Assembly (NCBI RefSeq): GCF_001194135.2
Contig: NC_068985.1
Coordinates: 49,816,886-49,880,885, forward strand
DNA length: 64,000 nt
Direction: 5' to 3'
From: Octopus bimaculoides
Taxonomy: Eukaryota
Shown here one piece after another: positions 35,901 to 48,400 of this stretch; within the stretch, counting starts at the first letter, position 1; each line of letters starts with the position of its first letter. A program made the translations under genes and the position numbers. The notes below the pieces were generated by a model. The model was not told the DNA's origin. It searched no databases and saw nothing but the letters and a program-made list of their open reading frames with translations.

Positions 35901-38900
35901 GATATTACCTACAAATGTAACATGAAAACGTGTGACTGAAAACAATCAATACCAGGCTATGTATTCAGCTCATCAAAAGTTTATTCTTGGTTCATCATAT
36001 TCTCCTTTATTTTGAAGTGTGGTATTGATTTAAGTATAACAATTGAAACATTTACTTTAAGTAGAGAGGCATGTCTAATCAATGTATGTTGTGAGCAAAA
36101 ATACTAGTATTCGGAAAAACTCTGCAAAATTCTTGAATTCAATAAAAAAATAAATGTTTTAAAATTGCTGTTTTCAGTTTCAGCAACAAAGTCTCTTAAA
36201 ATGTTAACATATATTAACACACATCGTTATACTGTTTACACTGTTTTAATTCATGTTTCTAGGTGCAAATTGTGTCTTTGGATGAAGAAACATCTGAATT
36301 CACATCAAGAAGCACATTTGACCATCCTTACCCCACAACTAAAATCATGTGGATCCCGGATGCTGTAAGTTATAGTTTAACATTTCTAGCTGTTCTGTTT
36401 TTTTTTTTTGCCTCTTCCACATTTTATTGTTTCTTTGATATACAATGTATCATATTTTATTCCTCATTTATATTATTCAGGTGACATCATACATTTGCTT
36501 CTGTTTTTGATTTCTTTCCTCTAGAAAGGTGTATTTCCTGATTTGCTAGCTACCAGTGGAGACTACTTGAGAGTATGGAGAGTTGGAGAGAATGATACAA
36601 GATTGGAGTGCCTCTTAAACAATGTCAGTAACATTTCTTTATATTTGTTTTCTTGGACAGTGTCCTTCAATGATATTTAAAACAAAAATTTTATGAATGC
36701 TTTTATTAATTTTTTATCTTAACAGTTAAATAGTTGAGCTACAGTTTACAAGCTACTGGAATTAAAACTTGTTTTCCAGATATTTCATTGTACCCAATTT
36801 GTCACTGTGAATCTTGTAACTTTTGATTCATCTAAAGGATTATATTTTTCTTTTTATGTTATTTGATAGTGAATTATCTTGATCATAGACATAGTACTTT
36901 GTTGCTAGTTATCCCATAGGATTTAAGCATCTATGACTCCATTCCAGTTTATAATCACTTTGCCTGATAGAATTGAGAGAGAGAGAAAGAGCACACTCTC
37001 ACTCAACCTATACCTGCTTGAAAAGTTCTCTTCAAAAGTATTTTATTTTTATTTTTACCTGCTAAAATATTAGGTACCTAACCAAAAGAGCTGTAAATCT
37101 ATTATTTTACATAATTTGTAACAACATAAAATATTAAAGTAGTTTGAAAAGTGCAGTGCACAAAACTCAGCTCTTGAGTCACTTATATAGTTTTACAGCT
37201 AAATAAAAATAACATGCATTCTGCATTTGCATTTTGAGTTTCTCCTGTTTGTACCACAAAACCTGTAAAAACTTATGGAGATGTATCTAACTCAATAGAA
37301 TATTTCTTTTTATTTAGATATTGGACAATGAGTGAAGTTAAACATCAGCAGAAAAAAAAAAAACATTATTGAGACAATCATTTAGTATTCAAGACCCCAC
37401 AAATAGCTTAGAAACTGGTGTATCTAATTAAAAATATCAATATATTTTGTTGGAATCCTTTATTTCAAATTATTACTCCACATTGATTATTGTTAACTAC
37501 AAAACTGATATATTGACAAGATATTTCTGGATTGTAAAACCTCATGAGTAAAATGTATTGCCTTCTTAGCATGGAATTTTGGTAATTTTCATATGTTGTT
37601 TCACATTCTTTTTTTTTAATATTTCAGAACAAAAATTCAGATTTTTGTGCTCCTCTGACATCATTTGACTGGAATGAAATTGACCCTAATCTATTAGGAA
37701 CTTCAAGTATTGATACTACTTGCACAATTTGGGGTTTAGAGGTGAGAAAGACACTTCCATTTTGCTCTGCATTAATTTCACTAGTGTCTTTATTATTGCG
37801 ATCTTGAACGAACCACACTAATTAAGCATGACTGTTATAATGACCCTTAGCTTGTTAATTGATGAATTTAAGTGTGTTGTTTCAGTATTGTTTCTGGTTG
37901 TTTATTTCTAATTAATGTTTGAGTATGTGGCACAGACGTGGCTGTGTGGTTAAGAAGCTTGCTTTCCAACCATGTGGTCTTAGAATTAGCCCCAATGTTT
38001 AGCACCTTGGGTAAGTGTCTTTTGTAGTAGCTTCAGGGCAATCAAAGCCTTGTGAGTGGATTTTAGTAAACAGAAACTGAAAGGAGCCTATATATGTATA
38101 TATCATCATCGTTTAACATCTGTTTTCCATGCTGGTATGGGTTGGATGGTTTGACTGAAGATTGGCAAGCTAGTAGGCTGCACCAGGCTCCAATCTGGGT
38201 GCCCCCTGACTGGCTTCTGTACCAGTGGTACATAAAAAGCACCGTCCGAACGTGGTCAACACCAGTGCTGCGTGACTGGCTCCCATGCCGGTAGCATGTA
38301 AAAAGCACCTACTACACTCTCAGAGTGCTTGGCATTAGGAAGGGCATCAACCTGTAGAAACCTTGCCAGATCAGATTGATATATATCTATTTATATATAT
38401 GAAGGGCTTCATTTTAGTTTCTGTCTATTGAATTTCTTCACAATGCATTAACCAGCTTGAGGCTGTAGTGGAATACACTTACCTCAGGCATTACACTATG
38501 GGATGGAACCTGAAACTAGTGGTTGAAAGTGAACTTCCTAATCACATAGCTATGTCTACACCTTCTACAGCTGTATAAAATTTTCATGGATCAAGTTTCA
38601 TATGCATAATTAAATTTGTTATACTGAACATAATTAAATTTGTTATGTTGAACAGTTTCTCAAAATTCAGTTTGTTTCATCATTGATAAGAAGGTTTTAT
38701 TTTTTTTTTTAGTTTTTCTATTTTTATTATAGATTTTTAGTTTTATTTTATCATTAGAAAAAACATTGAAGTAAAGTTTCATTATTTTTATCCTTTCTAT
38801 GTAACACGTTTTAGATAACATTTTTTTTTTTGTTTCGTTTGTTTGCAGACTGGTCAGCTTTTGTGCAGGGTAAATTTGGTGTCGGGCCATGTGAAGACAC

Positions 38901-41900
38901 AGCTTATAGCTCACGACAAAGAAGTGTATGATATTGCTTTTAGTCGTGCTGGTGGTGGAAGAGATATGTTTGCTAGTGTTGGTAAGATCACCAAGTACAC
39001 TTTAATCCATTTTTGTTGAAATACTGTTTTCTCATTTTTGGTTAAGTACCTACTTTCAACCTGTATTTGCTGTTGATGTTATAAGGTAGCAGAAGGTAGT
39101 TTAGCTGGATGAATTGTTAACATACCAGACCAAATGCTTAGCAGCATTTCACCTGTCTTTATGTTCTGAGTTCAAATTCAACTGAAATCAATTTTGCCTT
39201 TCATCCTTTTGGAGTCAATGAAATAAGTACCAGTTGAGCACTGGGGTTTGATGTCATTGCCTATCCCCCTCCCCCAAAATTTCAGGCCTTGTGTCTATAG
39301 TAGAAAGGATCATGAGATAGCTAGTTGGCAGAATCATTAGCATGACAACAAAATGCCTTGGGGTATTTATTCCAGGTTGTCTATCTTCTGAGTTGAAATC
39401 CTGCTGAAGTCAACTATGCCTTAAAACCCCACTCCAATTTTCAGGCCCTTTTCTGTTATTAGAAACATTATTATTAAGGTAGTGAGTTGGCAGAACTGTT
39501 TCAAGTGTTGGGATAAATGCTTTGTTGTATTTGTTCTGGTACTTTATGTTTTGAGGTCAAATCCTGCTATGGTCAACCTTAACTTTGCCTTTCAAATTTT
39601 GAGGTTTGATAACTACCCCAAAATATCAGGTAATGTGCTTATAGTAGAAAGGATTATTATTATTATTATTATTATTGTTGTTGGCAGCGGCTGCGAGCTG
39701 AACAAAATGTTTAGCTGCAATTTCTTGTTTGTTTTTACACTCTGAGTTCAAATGCCACAAGGTCAACTTTGCCATTCATTTTTTTGGGGTCAATGAAAAT
39801 AAGTACCAATTGAGCACTGGGATCGAATAATTGACTAGCACCCCCCCCCTCCCCCCAAATTTCAGGCCCATTATAGAAAGGATTATTATTATTATGGTAG
39901 TGGTGAACTGGCAGGAATGTTAGAGCATCAGAAATGATGCCTTGCAACATTTGTCACTGCTCTTTGCATTCTGAGTTCAAATCTCACCAAAGTTGCCTTT
40001 TCTCCCTCCAGAGTTCTTGAAGTAAAGTACCTGTCAAATACTACAATCAGTGGTATTGATTAATCTTATTCCATAAAAACTGCTGGTTTTATGCTTAAAT
40101 CAGAAACCATTATTACTTTAATTACTTATTAAAGCTGCAAGCTAGCAGAAGCATTAGCATGCTGGACAAAATGTACAGTGACATTTCTTCTGACTCATTT
40201 GCCTTTCAATCTTTTGGGGTTGATAAAATAAGTATCAGTTCTATATTTCTGAGATGAGGAATTTATATTATGTATACTGTTTATATTAGTCGGACTCCTG
40301 TCCTTATCTTGATTGTTGCTTTCACTACCCTTTGGCTGTTGTATTCTCCAGCTGTCTTCAGGTGTCTTGCATTGAACTTGGTTGTTGTATCAGAATTTTG
40401 AATTTTACCCTTTATTTGATCTATGGGGTACACTGTCCTTATTCTGCTCTGTGTTTCGAGCTATTTTTTGCTTCAGTTGATTTCTTTTGTGAATTATCTT
40501 AATGCTTTGCTTGAGATTGAACTCAAAACCTCTAGGTGATTGCACATTTGTTAATCCCAGTCAAGGGGTTAAGGTAATTCTCAAACAGATCAACTGAACC
40601 AAAAATTGTCACAAAACACAGAGAGCTGAATGAAAACAGTATACCCCTGTGGATCAAATAATGAGTTAGGCTTGAAATTCCGATACAACACCCAATTTCA
40701 ACACAAGACACCTGAAGAAGGCTGAAGTATACATCAGCCGAAATGTAGTGAAAGTAACAATCAAGATGAGGTCACCAGTCTGACTAATATAAACAGTAGA
40801 CATACAATAAGCATCAGTTGAGCATTGAAGTTGATGTAATCAACTAACCCACTTCCCCTAAAATTGCTGGCCTTGTGCCAAAATTTGTAACCATTATTAT
40901 TATTACTTTGACAGGGGCTGATGGATCTGTGAGAATGTTTGATTTACGACATCTGGAACATTCCACTATTATATACGAAGATCCCCAACATCATCCACTT
41001 CTACGGTTAGCATGGAATAAGCAGGATCCTAACTACTTAGCGACAATGGCTATGGATGCAATGGAGGTAATGTGCATTTGTTAAAAACATAGAATGATTC
41101 AAAAATTCATTTAGTATGGGTTTTTTTTATGCACATTAATAGAAAGACTAAAGTAGATGAACAGATCTCTGAGTGGCTCTGTTGTAAAATTTGATTTTGA
41201 CATGGTTATGAGGGATCAATTTATTTCTCATTTCCACATCTTTCATACTTGTATGTTTGATTTGTTATATTGTGCAGTTTTTTAAGACATTGAATATTCT
41301 ATCAACTTTTAATAGTGACATTTTTCTAAAGTATATATATATATGTGTGTGTGTATGTGTGTAAAATGTCTCAGAAGGTATTCACCACAAAATAGCAAGA
41401 TAGTATTAAATAAATATATACAAAATAAAAATTTCATATTTAGTTTGATTGCAAAAGAGACCTCTGTATCATCCTCTGTTAGTGTTCAACTGAAAAATGC
41501 AGGGCATTTCGCAAAAGTTCCTTTCTGCTCACAGTAGAATTTGTTCAAATGACATCACTCGTATTGGTCCCAGGAATCAAACACCCATTACACTTTGTAA
41601 AGTGGCTGTCGTTAGGAAGGGCATCTAACTCTGGAAATCATCCAAAACTGAGACACTGGAACAAGACATGGCCCTCTGATGAGTTGGATCCTGTCAAACG
41701 TCCAACCCATGCCAGCATGAAAGGTAGACATAAAATGATGACTAATGTCACAAGAAAAGAGTTTGAAAAAAGATGATAGAAATACTGGTGTTTATTTTGA
41801 TAGTTATAATGGCTTGTTTTCATCAAAACAACTGATACCATCAGATCACTATTATAGTTGCTGATATTGCACATGCAGTATATTAGAGCCATCCCTATAA

Positions 41901-44900
41901 GATAGTTAATTTCTGATATATCTGAAGTCTAACAGAGCTTTGTACATCCTTGATATTTTAGATCTGATAAATATGGTCAGTGGGCATAAATGGTAGTGCT
42001 ATATTAAATATCTTACAGCATCGTAATCCTTCTACACTGGGAGTTCAAATGCTACCAAATCAATTATGCCTCCTCCTTCTTCATCTGAAGAACAGGTGAT
42101 AAGAAAATAAAACTGAAGCAGTGATATGGGAAAGAGTGTGAGAGAGTAATAGAAGAGAACCAGAAATGTTAGATTCATCTTGTAGAACTAAGTCACCAGC
42201 ATTCAGGAGTTCCCATAGATAGCTGGTCTGAAACTCCTCGGTTATGACCAAGTGGGCTATAATAAACAGAAGGAGGCTGAGAACTGAGATACACTTATTT
42301 ACATTCTAAATTCTTTTTCAGAAATTCAGTTAACTTCCACCTTGTACATGCTATTTGTCTATCTCTAGTTCTCTCAGCAACCACCAGCCTACAGAGCATT
42401 GAACTCTGTTGAAGTCCTTTGCCAAGTCAACAAAAGTTTGGGAGAGTGGCTTACTCATAGTTGAGTGCTTCTCCTGTAGTTGTCTCACAAAGATGAGGGC
42501 ATTGGTGATACCAAGTCTTATGAAAACCAGAACTTGTCTCCTCTAGGCTAAATCTCTTCCCAAACGTAGTTCATCAATTAGGTTCATCTGTTGTTGCTTG
42601 TCTTTAGATGAACATATCGGCATATTAACTACCATAAATGTCATGAAATGATTTGGGCATAAGAGGCATGACTCATTGGTATGGTCATGTGATGCGGATG
42701 AATGTGGACAGCTGTTTGAAGAAGTGCTGATCTCTAACAGTGGAGGGAAGCTGTGGAAGAGGGAGGTCCAGGAAGACATAGGACGAGATCTGAAGCATGA
42801 TCTTCAAACGTTGGATCTTATGAAGCAATGACTAGTGACCAAGACCTTTGACGATATGCTGTGCTTGAGAAGACCTGTTAAGCCAAGTGGAATTATAGTC
42901 GTGTAACTGGCATGTAAAAATCACAATGTGGCTGATGCCAGTGTCATGTAAAAAGTACCTTTCAAGTGTTGGGCCTCACAGAGGCAATGACAGATGACTG
43001 AGACCTTTAGCAATATGCTGTATTTGAGAAGACCCATCAAGTCAAGTGAATCATGATTGTGGCAGATATTGGTATCATGCAACTGGCACGTAAAAGCACC
43101 CATTACACTCTTCAAGTGGTTGGCATTAAGAAGTGCATCCAGTCATAGAAACCACACCAAATCAGACTGAAGTCTGGTGCAGCCCCTCATCTTACCAGCC
43201 CTGGTCAGACCATCCATCCCATGCCAGCATGGACAACAGACGTTAACTGGTGATGATGATGATGTCTACCACCATTTGTGTTATGATTGATTTTATCAAC
43301 ATATCTCTTACCATTAATATTTGAAGGTATGAGATGTTTTGGCACAGCTGTTTTGACATTGCCTATTTGGCATTGCTAGTTTGACACTGATTTATTCAAC
43401 ATCAAACATTTTGTCCCCAGGACTTTTTGGCACCTTGAAAATTTTGCTTCATAACTATTGATCTTCATTTAGCTTGCTACTTCATTTGATGTATATGATG
43501 GCTGGTGAAATATTGACAAAATAGGGAAAAGAAAAATCTTCTCATTGGATTTATGAATGTCTTTGACAAAATAGAACTAACAGTGAATTTAAATAATTTT
43601 GGTGCTGTGAGTAGAAAAATCAGAGAGAGAAAAACATTAAGAGAAACTTCAAAAACATAACAAAATTATAAACATATTTGGACATACTTTTCTGAACTAA
43701 TTTTTATTTTTTTATTCATTTATCCATACTGATTTAGAAATGTATTTTTTATAAATAGAGACAGTACTTATATTGCACTTACAGGCTATTAGTGTATGAT
43801 GTCAGTGTAGTTGATTTCCTGTGTGTTGTTCAGGTGTATTGCAGATATTTTCTGATATGTATAGTGATTATGTCTTGGTGCCATTGAATGAGGTTAATTT
43901 GCTATGTTTTCACGGTGATATGGACGAGATGAATTGGAGAACTTTTATATCTTCTTGCAGATTGTTGAAGCAAGTAATTTTGCAACAAAATTGCTTCTAT
44001 ACATTAATTTTCAATACATGAACTGCTAATGCTGTCTATTTAAGAAAGCAGGATTGTAATCAATATTGGTCATGTATGTTTGTCTAGAGGCACTGTAGAG
44101 TTTTGATATTAGAAGTTAGGAATGAATGACAATTTGTTGAAAATATGATAAAAATAAATAAATAGTATAAATATATAATATAAATATATAATAAAAATAA
44201 ACCAATTACACTTATTATTTCTTGCAGGTTATCATTCTTGATGTAAGAGTGCCATGCACCCCTGTGGCTCGACTCAATAATCACCGTGCCTGTGTGAATG
44301 GTATTGCCTGGGCTCCACATTCCAGCTGTCACATCTGCACAGCTGGTAAGTTCATTCCCTTCTCTTGCAATTGTGTTTCTGTTTGCTTATTAAATAATTT
44401 ATTAAGCAATTTGCTTATGAAATAACTTAAAGTAATTTTACATCGTTTTCTGAGGTTTTCTCTTCATTGCTCTGAGAGTTAGTTCAGGACAAAATATCAA
44501 TTCTACACTCAAATCTTTGTATTGTTGACAAGGCCAGAGTTGTTTCATATCATACCAGGGTGTACTTTGTCTTTAACAATTCTGCTTTATTTGATGTAAA
44601 TTTTATCTAATATGCAAGCAGCACTGACCATTGTTCCAGTCAGAATTTTTTCAGCTGTTTATAATCTCTGGTGTTGATTTTACATTATTATATAACATTA
44701 GGAATCAAGAATCAAAAATTCATTTAGATTTTAAAATAGAATTGTTTTGAATTCTAACTTGGGGAGATAGTAAGGGGTATGCCTCTACCAAATTGAAGAC
44801 CAAGTTGTTAGATTGTTAAAATAAATATCATTGGTATGGGCATGACTGCATTGATACAGATTTACTTCATAACCATGTGATTCTGAGTTCCATCATGCTG

Positions 44901-45499
44901 TGTGGGACTTCGGTCAAGTGTCTCCTACTATAGCTTCAGGTTGACCAATGCCTTGTGAGTGGAATTGGTAGGCAGAAACTGTAAGGAAGCTTGATATGTA
45001 TGTGAATGATTACATCTCATGTATTTGCATGGGACCATCAAGTGGAACCATGATGATGTGTTGACATTTCCTTTTAGCAAATTGCTATTTGGTTCTATTG
45101 AATAAAAATATTCCTTACTTGAAAAACAAGTAAAGTTCTATGACAGGAAGAATATCCAGCTGTAAACTAATGTCTCCCAATAAATATTTGTCTAATTCAT
45201 GTTAGCATGGAAAACGGATGTTAAAAGGACCAATTTGTACAAAATGTCAAATTTGGAATTTTAGATTGTATTCGACTTGTTATTGTTGTTATATGAAAAG
45301 CATTTTTCTTTGTTATTTTCTTGCAGCGGATGACCATCAAGCTCTGATATGGGATATACAGCAGATGCCTCGAGCTATTGAAGACCCTATCTTAGCCTAT
45401 ACAGCAGCTGGTGAGATTAATCAAATCCAGTGGTCGTCGACCCAACCTGATTGGATTGCTATCTGCTATAACAACTGTTTGGAGATTCTGAGAGTTTGA
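32830..45499 (+). CDS. DCAF7: DDB1- and CUL4-associated factor 7 (WDR68/AN11), complete, 347 aa; exons 32830-32982, 36263-36364, 36525-36623, 37628-37741, 38849-38981, 40915-41066, 44228-44345, 45327-45499
   Basis: Spliced translation is near-identical to DCAF7 as I recall it: [41 protein letters not shown]...[14 protein letters not shown]...[17 protein letters not shown]...[14 protein letters not shown]...[15 protein letters not shown]. All introns GT-AG with consistent phases. Confidence 0.97.
34220..35308 (+). mobile_element. Non-autonomous Helitron in DCAF7 intron (spans an N gap)
   Basis: 5' A|TCTATACTATATATAAAA; 3' hairpin CCCGAGCAATGCCGGG followed by CTAG|T; inserted at an AT dinucleotide without TSD; internal microsatellites. 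Confidence 0.75.
36263..36364 (+). CDS. DCAF7: DCAF7 coding exon 2
   Basis: ctag|GTG CAA ... GAT GCT|GTAAGT. Confidence 0.95.
36525..36623 (+). CDS. DCAF7: DCAF7 coding exon 3
   Basis: ctag|AAA GGT GTA ... AAC AAT|GTCAGT. Confidence 0.95.
37628..37741 (+). CDS. DCAF7: DCAF7 coding exon 4
   Basis: tttcag|AAC AAA AAT ... TTA GAG|GTGAGA. Confidence 0.95.
38849..38981 (+). CDS. DCAF7: DCAF7 coding exon 5
   Basis: ttgcag|ACT GGT CAG ... GTT G|GTAAGA. Confidence 0.95.
39060..40230 (+). repeat. Head-to-tail array of ~5-6 short SINE copies with (ATT)n tails (similar array at ~4790-5690)
   Basis: Repeated GAGCTGGCAGAA..TTAGC..TTCTGAGTTCAAAT..AACTTTGCCTTTCATCCTTT..GGGGTCAAT..AAGTACC..TAGAAAGGATTATTATT. 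Confidence 0.8.
40275..40798. repeat. Foldback of two ~220-bp Penelope-like terminal segments
   Basis: 40275-40496 is the diverged reverse complement of 40575-40798; each carries a CTGAAGA..CAGCC(G)AAA hammerhead-like motif. Confidence 0.85.
40915..41066 (+). CDS. DCAF7: DCAF7 coding exon 6
   Basis: tgacag|GG GCT GAT ... ATG GAG|GTAATG. Confidence 0.95.
42130..42640 (-). mobile_element. RTE LINE reverse-transcriptase fragment (inverted)
   Basis: Minus: [51 protein letters not shown] (degenerate YADD). Confidence 0.8.
42640..43263 (+). mobile_element. RTE LINE 3' end with (GAT)n tail
   Basis: [21 protein letters not shown]..; same 3' UTR and tail as the 17393 copy. Confidence 0.82.
44228..44345 (+). 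CDS. DCAF7: DCAF7 coding exon 7
   Basis: ttgcag|GTT ATC ATT ... GCT G|GTAAGT. Confidence 0.95.
45327..45499 (+). CDS. DCAF7: DCAF7 coding exon 8 (terminal)
   Basis: ttgcag|CG GAT GAC ... AGA GTT TGA. Confidence 0.95.
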
Positions 45500-48400
45500 A
45501 GTAAAATACAGAAGCACTGATACAAAACATTATTTAAGGGACTACACACTTTTTTTAAAAAAAATTACCCTCTCCCTCCTCCCATATCCTTTGCCATCCT
45601 GCTTGTTCTTTCTTTAAAAGGAAGAATGAAAATTAAGTACTCTTTTTATTTATTCTATCTCTTCGGCAGACTAACTCCTATCCATTCATTTTGTTTTCTC
45701 ATTTTCTTTTTTAGTCATATTCTTATTTTTATTTTTATAAAAATTACCATTTCATAGTCATTCTGAATTTAATTTGTTTGCATGAGTGTGTGTATGCACG
45801 GCTGATTGTGTTTAATATGTGCACATGCGTGTGTGCATGAATGTATGCATGAGTGGTTGAGGTGTTTGTGCATGTGCATGTATATGTGTGTAAATATATT
45901 TATAAAAGTTGTTTCCCATTTTTTTAAAAGCCACATTAAAGTCAAGCGCCAAAAATTAAATAAGAACAGTTTTATATATATATATATATATAAATGTACT
46001 AAAATAGTTTTAAATAATAGCCAAGGTATTCACATAATATTTTAATCTGTATGAGTATTTGTCAACTATACAATTCAAAAGTTAAAAATCACTTCAGACT
46101 GTCTTAGATTAGAAGAAATCTGCCAAGCTGTATACATACAAATTTACTAAAATAAATTCCAGGTGAATCTTGTGATTTGTAATGACTTGACAAGCATTTC
46201 TATCCTTAATTCAAATTATAACAATGCAATGGTGAATATGCTTTGCTGGTGTGTGTGGTTTTTCTTTCTCATGTAGAAATCACAGTGTTCATTTTGGGAT
46301 TTTTTCTAATGCTCATTCCCATTGAAAATTTTTCTGTGGAAATTGAACTTGTATTGATCCTGTTAACTTTTTGGTTAACTTGGGGAAAATACAGTGGAGT
46401 GATTTCTAGTTGTATTTGAATATCTTGGCCCATAGGACAGTGTAAACTCCCATATGCTAATGTGTATCCATGATACAGTGCTTCTACCTTGAACATTGGT
46501 AAACAGTACTTACATTTGATAATATTTACAGCTTGGTGGTCTGATGTAATAAGTCTGAGACTAGCCATAAACACAACTAGTAATGAGATACAAGGACTAA
46601 ACACTTTGGCTGGTTGATTAACTCCCTGTTGAGTTAGATGGAGGTCACTCCCACTTTTGAATTGTTTAGTTTGCAAAATTCTACTGATTAAATATACAAC
46701 CATCCCCTAATTTGCAAAAGCAGTGCAATCCTGAAAATGTTGTCACATGGAATTCTATAACATAAAATGTATTTGCCATTGACTTCCATTTTACATGCAG
46801 GTCAATGGGAAGTATGTTTCATGTTAGAGAATTCCTTGATATGACAACGTTTATCAGGAATATAACACGACCATTATATCAGTTATTCTCTATGCACTGT
46901 AACATGGAGGATGCCTGTTTATAAAAGTTATACATATATAAATATTGTCTTCTGTCTTGTTGTTGATTAAGCTAACCTCTTTTGTACTTTAGTCATTTTG
47001 ACAACAAAACAAGATGTCCTTTAATGAAAAATAACCTACATGATCACTTAAACCGTCTAACTTGTGTATATCAACACTCATCTGTTTATTCATATACACT
47101 TGTTTAACCTAAAGAAAAGAAAAGTGTGTATATGTGTGTACACGTCTCAAAACTCACTTCTGTAAAACTGCAACTGTGTATATCAACATACATCTATCTC
47201 AACACACACATTTCAAGGTAAGTCTTAAAAAAAAAAAAAAAGGAACATATATATGATTGTATTTGTAATAATAGTTAAAAAGAAAAAGAATAATGATAAA
47301 TAAGCTTTCTTCTCATGACATTGAAACATTAAACATTATATGATCTGCTATATTTATTATATTTTAAACTACCCATTTTTTTTTTTTTAATGAAACTGCT
47401 AATGCTGATATTTATCATTGTCTTCAGTCAGTTAAATGTCTTAGCTGTACCACATCATGTATTCATGTTTATCCTTCATGCTAAGATAAACCTCATATGA
47501 GACAACAAACATCTTTACAAAATCAAGAAAAAGAAAAATAATTAAAATTTGGAATCATTTCAATTTAAAATACACATTAAAAAATATCAAAATATGAATA
47601 CCAACAAAAAGGCTTATTCTTATTATTAATAGCAGTGGAACATTGCTGGATATTGTTGGTTTTGATTGTCGCAGTCCTGGTAAGAACGTCTGTTGATTCT
47701 TCTCCAGGACTTCCTTTAACTTCACCAGGTTTTATAGGCTAAAAACAGAATTTCTTCAGTTTTCCAGAATATGAAAATGCTACAAGTGAGAAGTGTCTAC
47801 TGTCTACCAATCAATCCTAGTTCAGGTCTTATATTTCATCTAAATAATTGTGTTGTGCTCCTGTGCAAGGCATACCCTGACTGTTATTAAAAGTTCCATG
47901 GAAAACATTGCATCCATGACAAACCTATCCTTTTGAAATCTTATAACAGCAATGCCAAATGTATTCTTGCTTTTTAAGATGGTACAGTTGCAATTGAGGA
48001 AGATTTTGACTTCTATTTCTAGAACTATATAGTCAGCAACTATATAGAAACTCACATTTGTTTCAGTACCGAGCAGTAGAAAAAAGAAAAAAAAAACAGG
48101 GCAAAAATTGAAGTCCTTGAACAAGACTCTACTTGTCTAAATTTTTATCTTTGGAATATGAAATGTAAGGGTACAGCTGATGATTTGTCTGGGTGTGGAA
48201 GATTTTTGTTGGCTTTATGGTAGAAAATTAAATGAATTTCCATTGACCTCAACAATAAGTATTCAGTTTTTCATTCAACTGAACTACCTACTCATTGAAT
48301 TAGTGTGTAAGTGGCTGTATATTCCACAGAAACCTGTACCCTTAATGTAATTCTTAAGCAGAATCTACCTGTAGGACACAGTTTCACTCACAAAGACTAG

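Noticed and set aside
46269-46703. 144-aa minus-strand ORF
   Set aside because: Antisense to the probable DCAF7 3' UTR; no domain resemblance or supporting exons
47620-47745. Possible exon-like segments on either strand (CCTG|GTAAG on plus; TTTTTAG|CCT on minus)
   Set aside because: No recognisable protein and no partner exons
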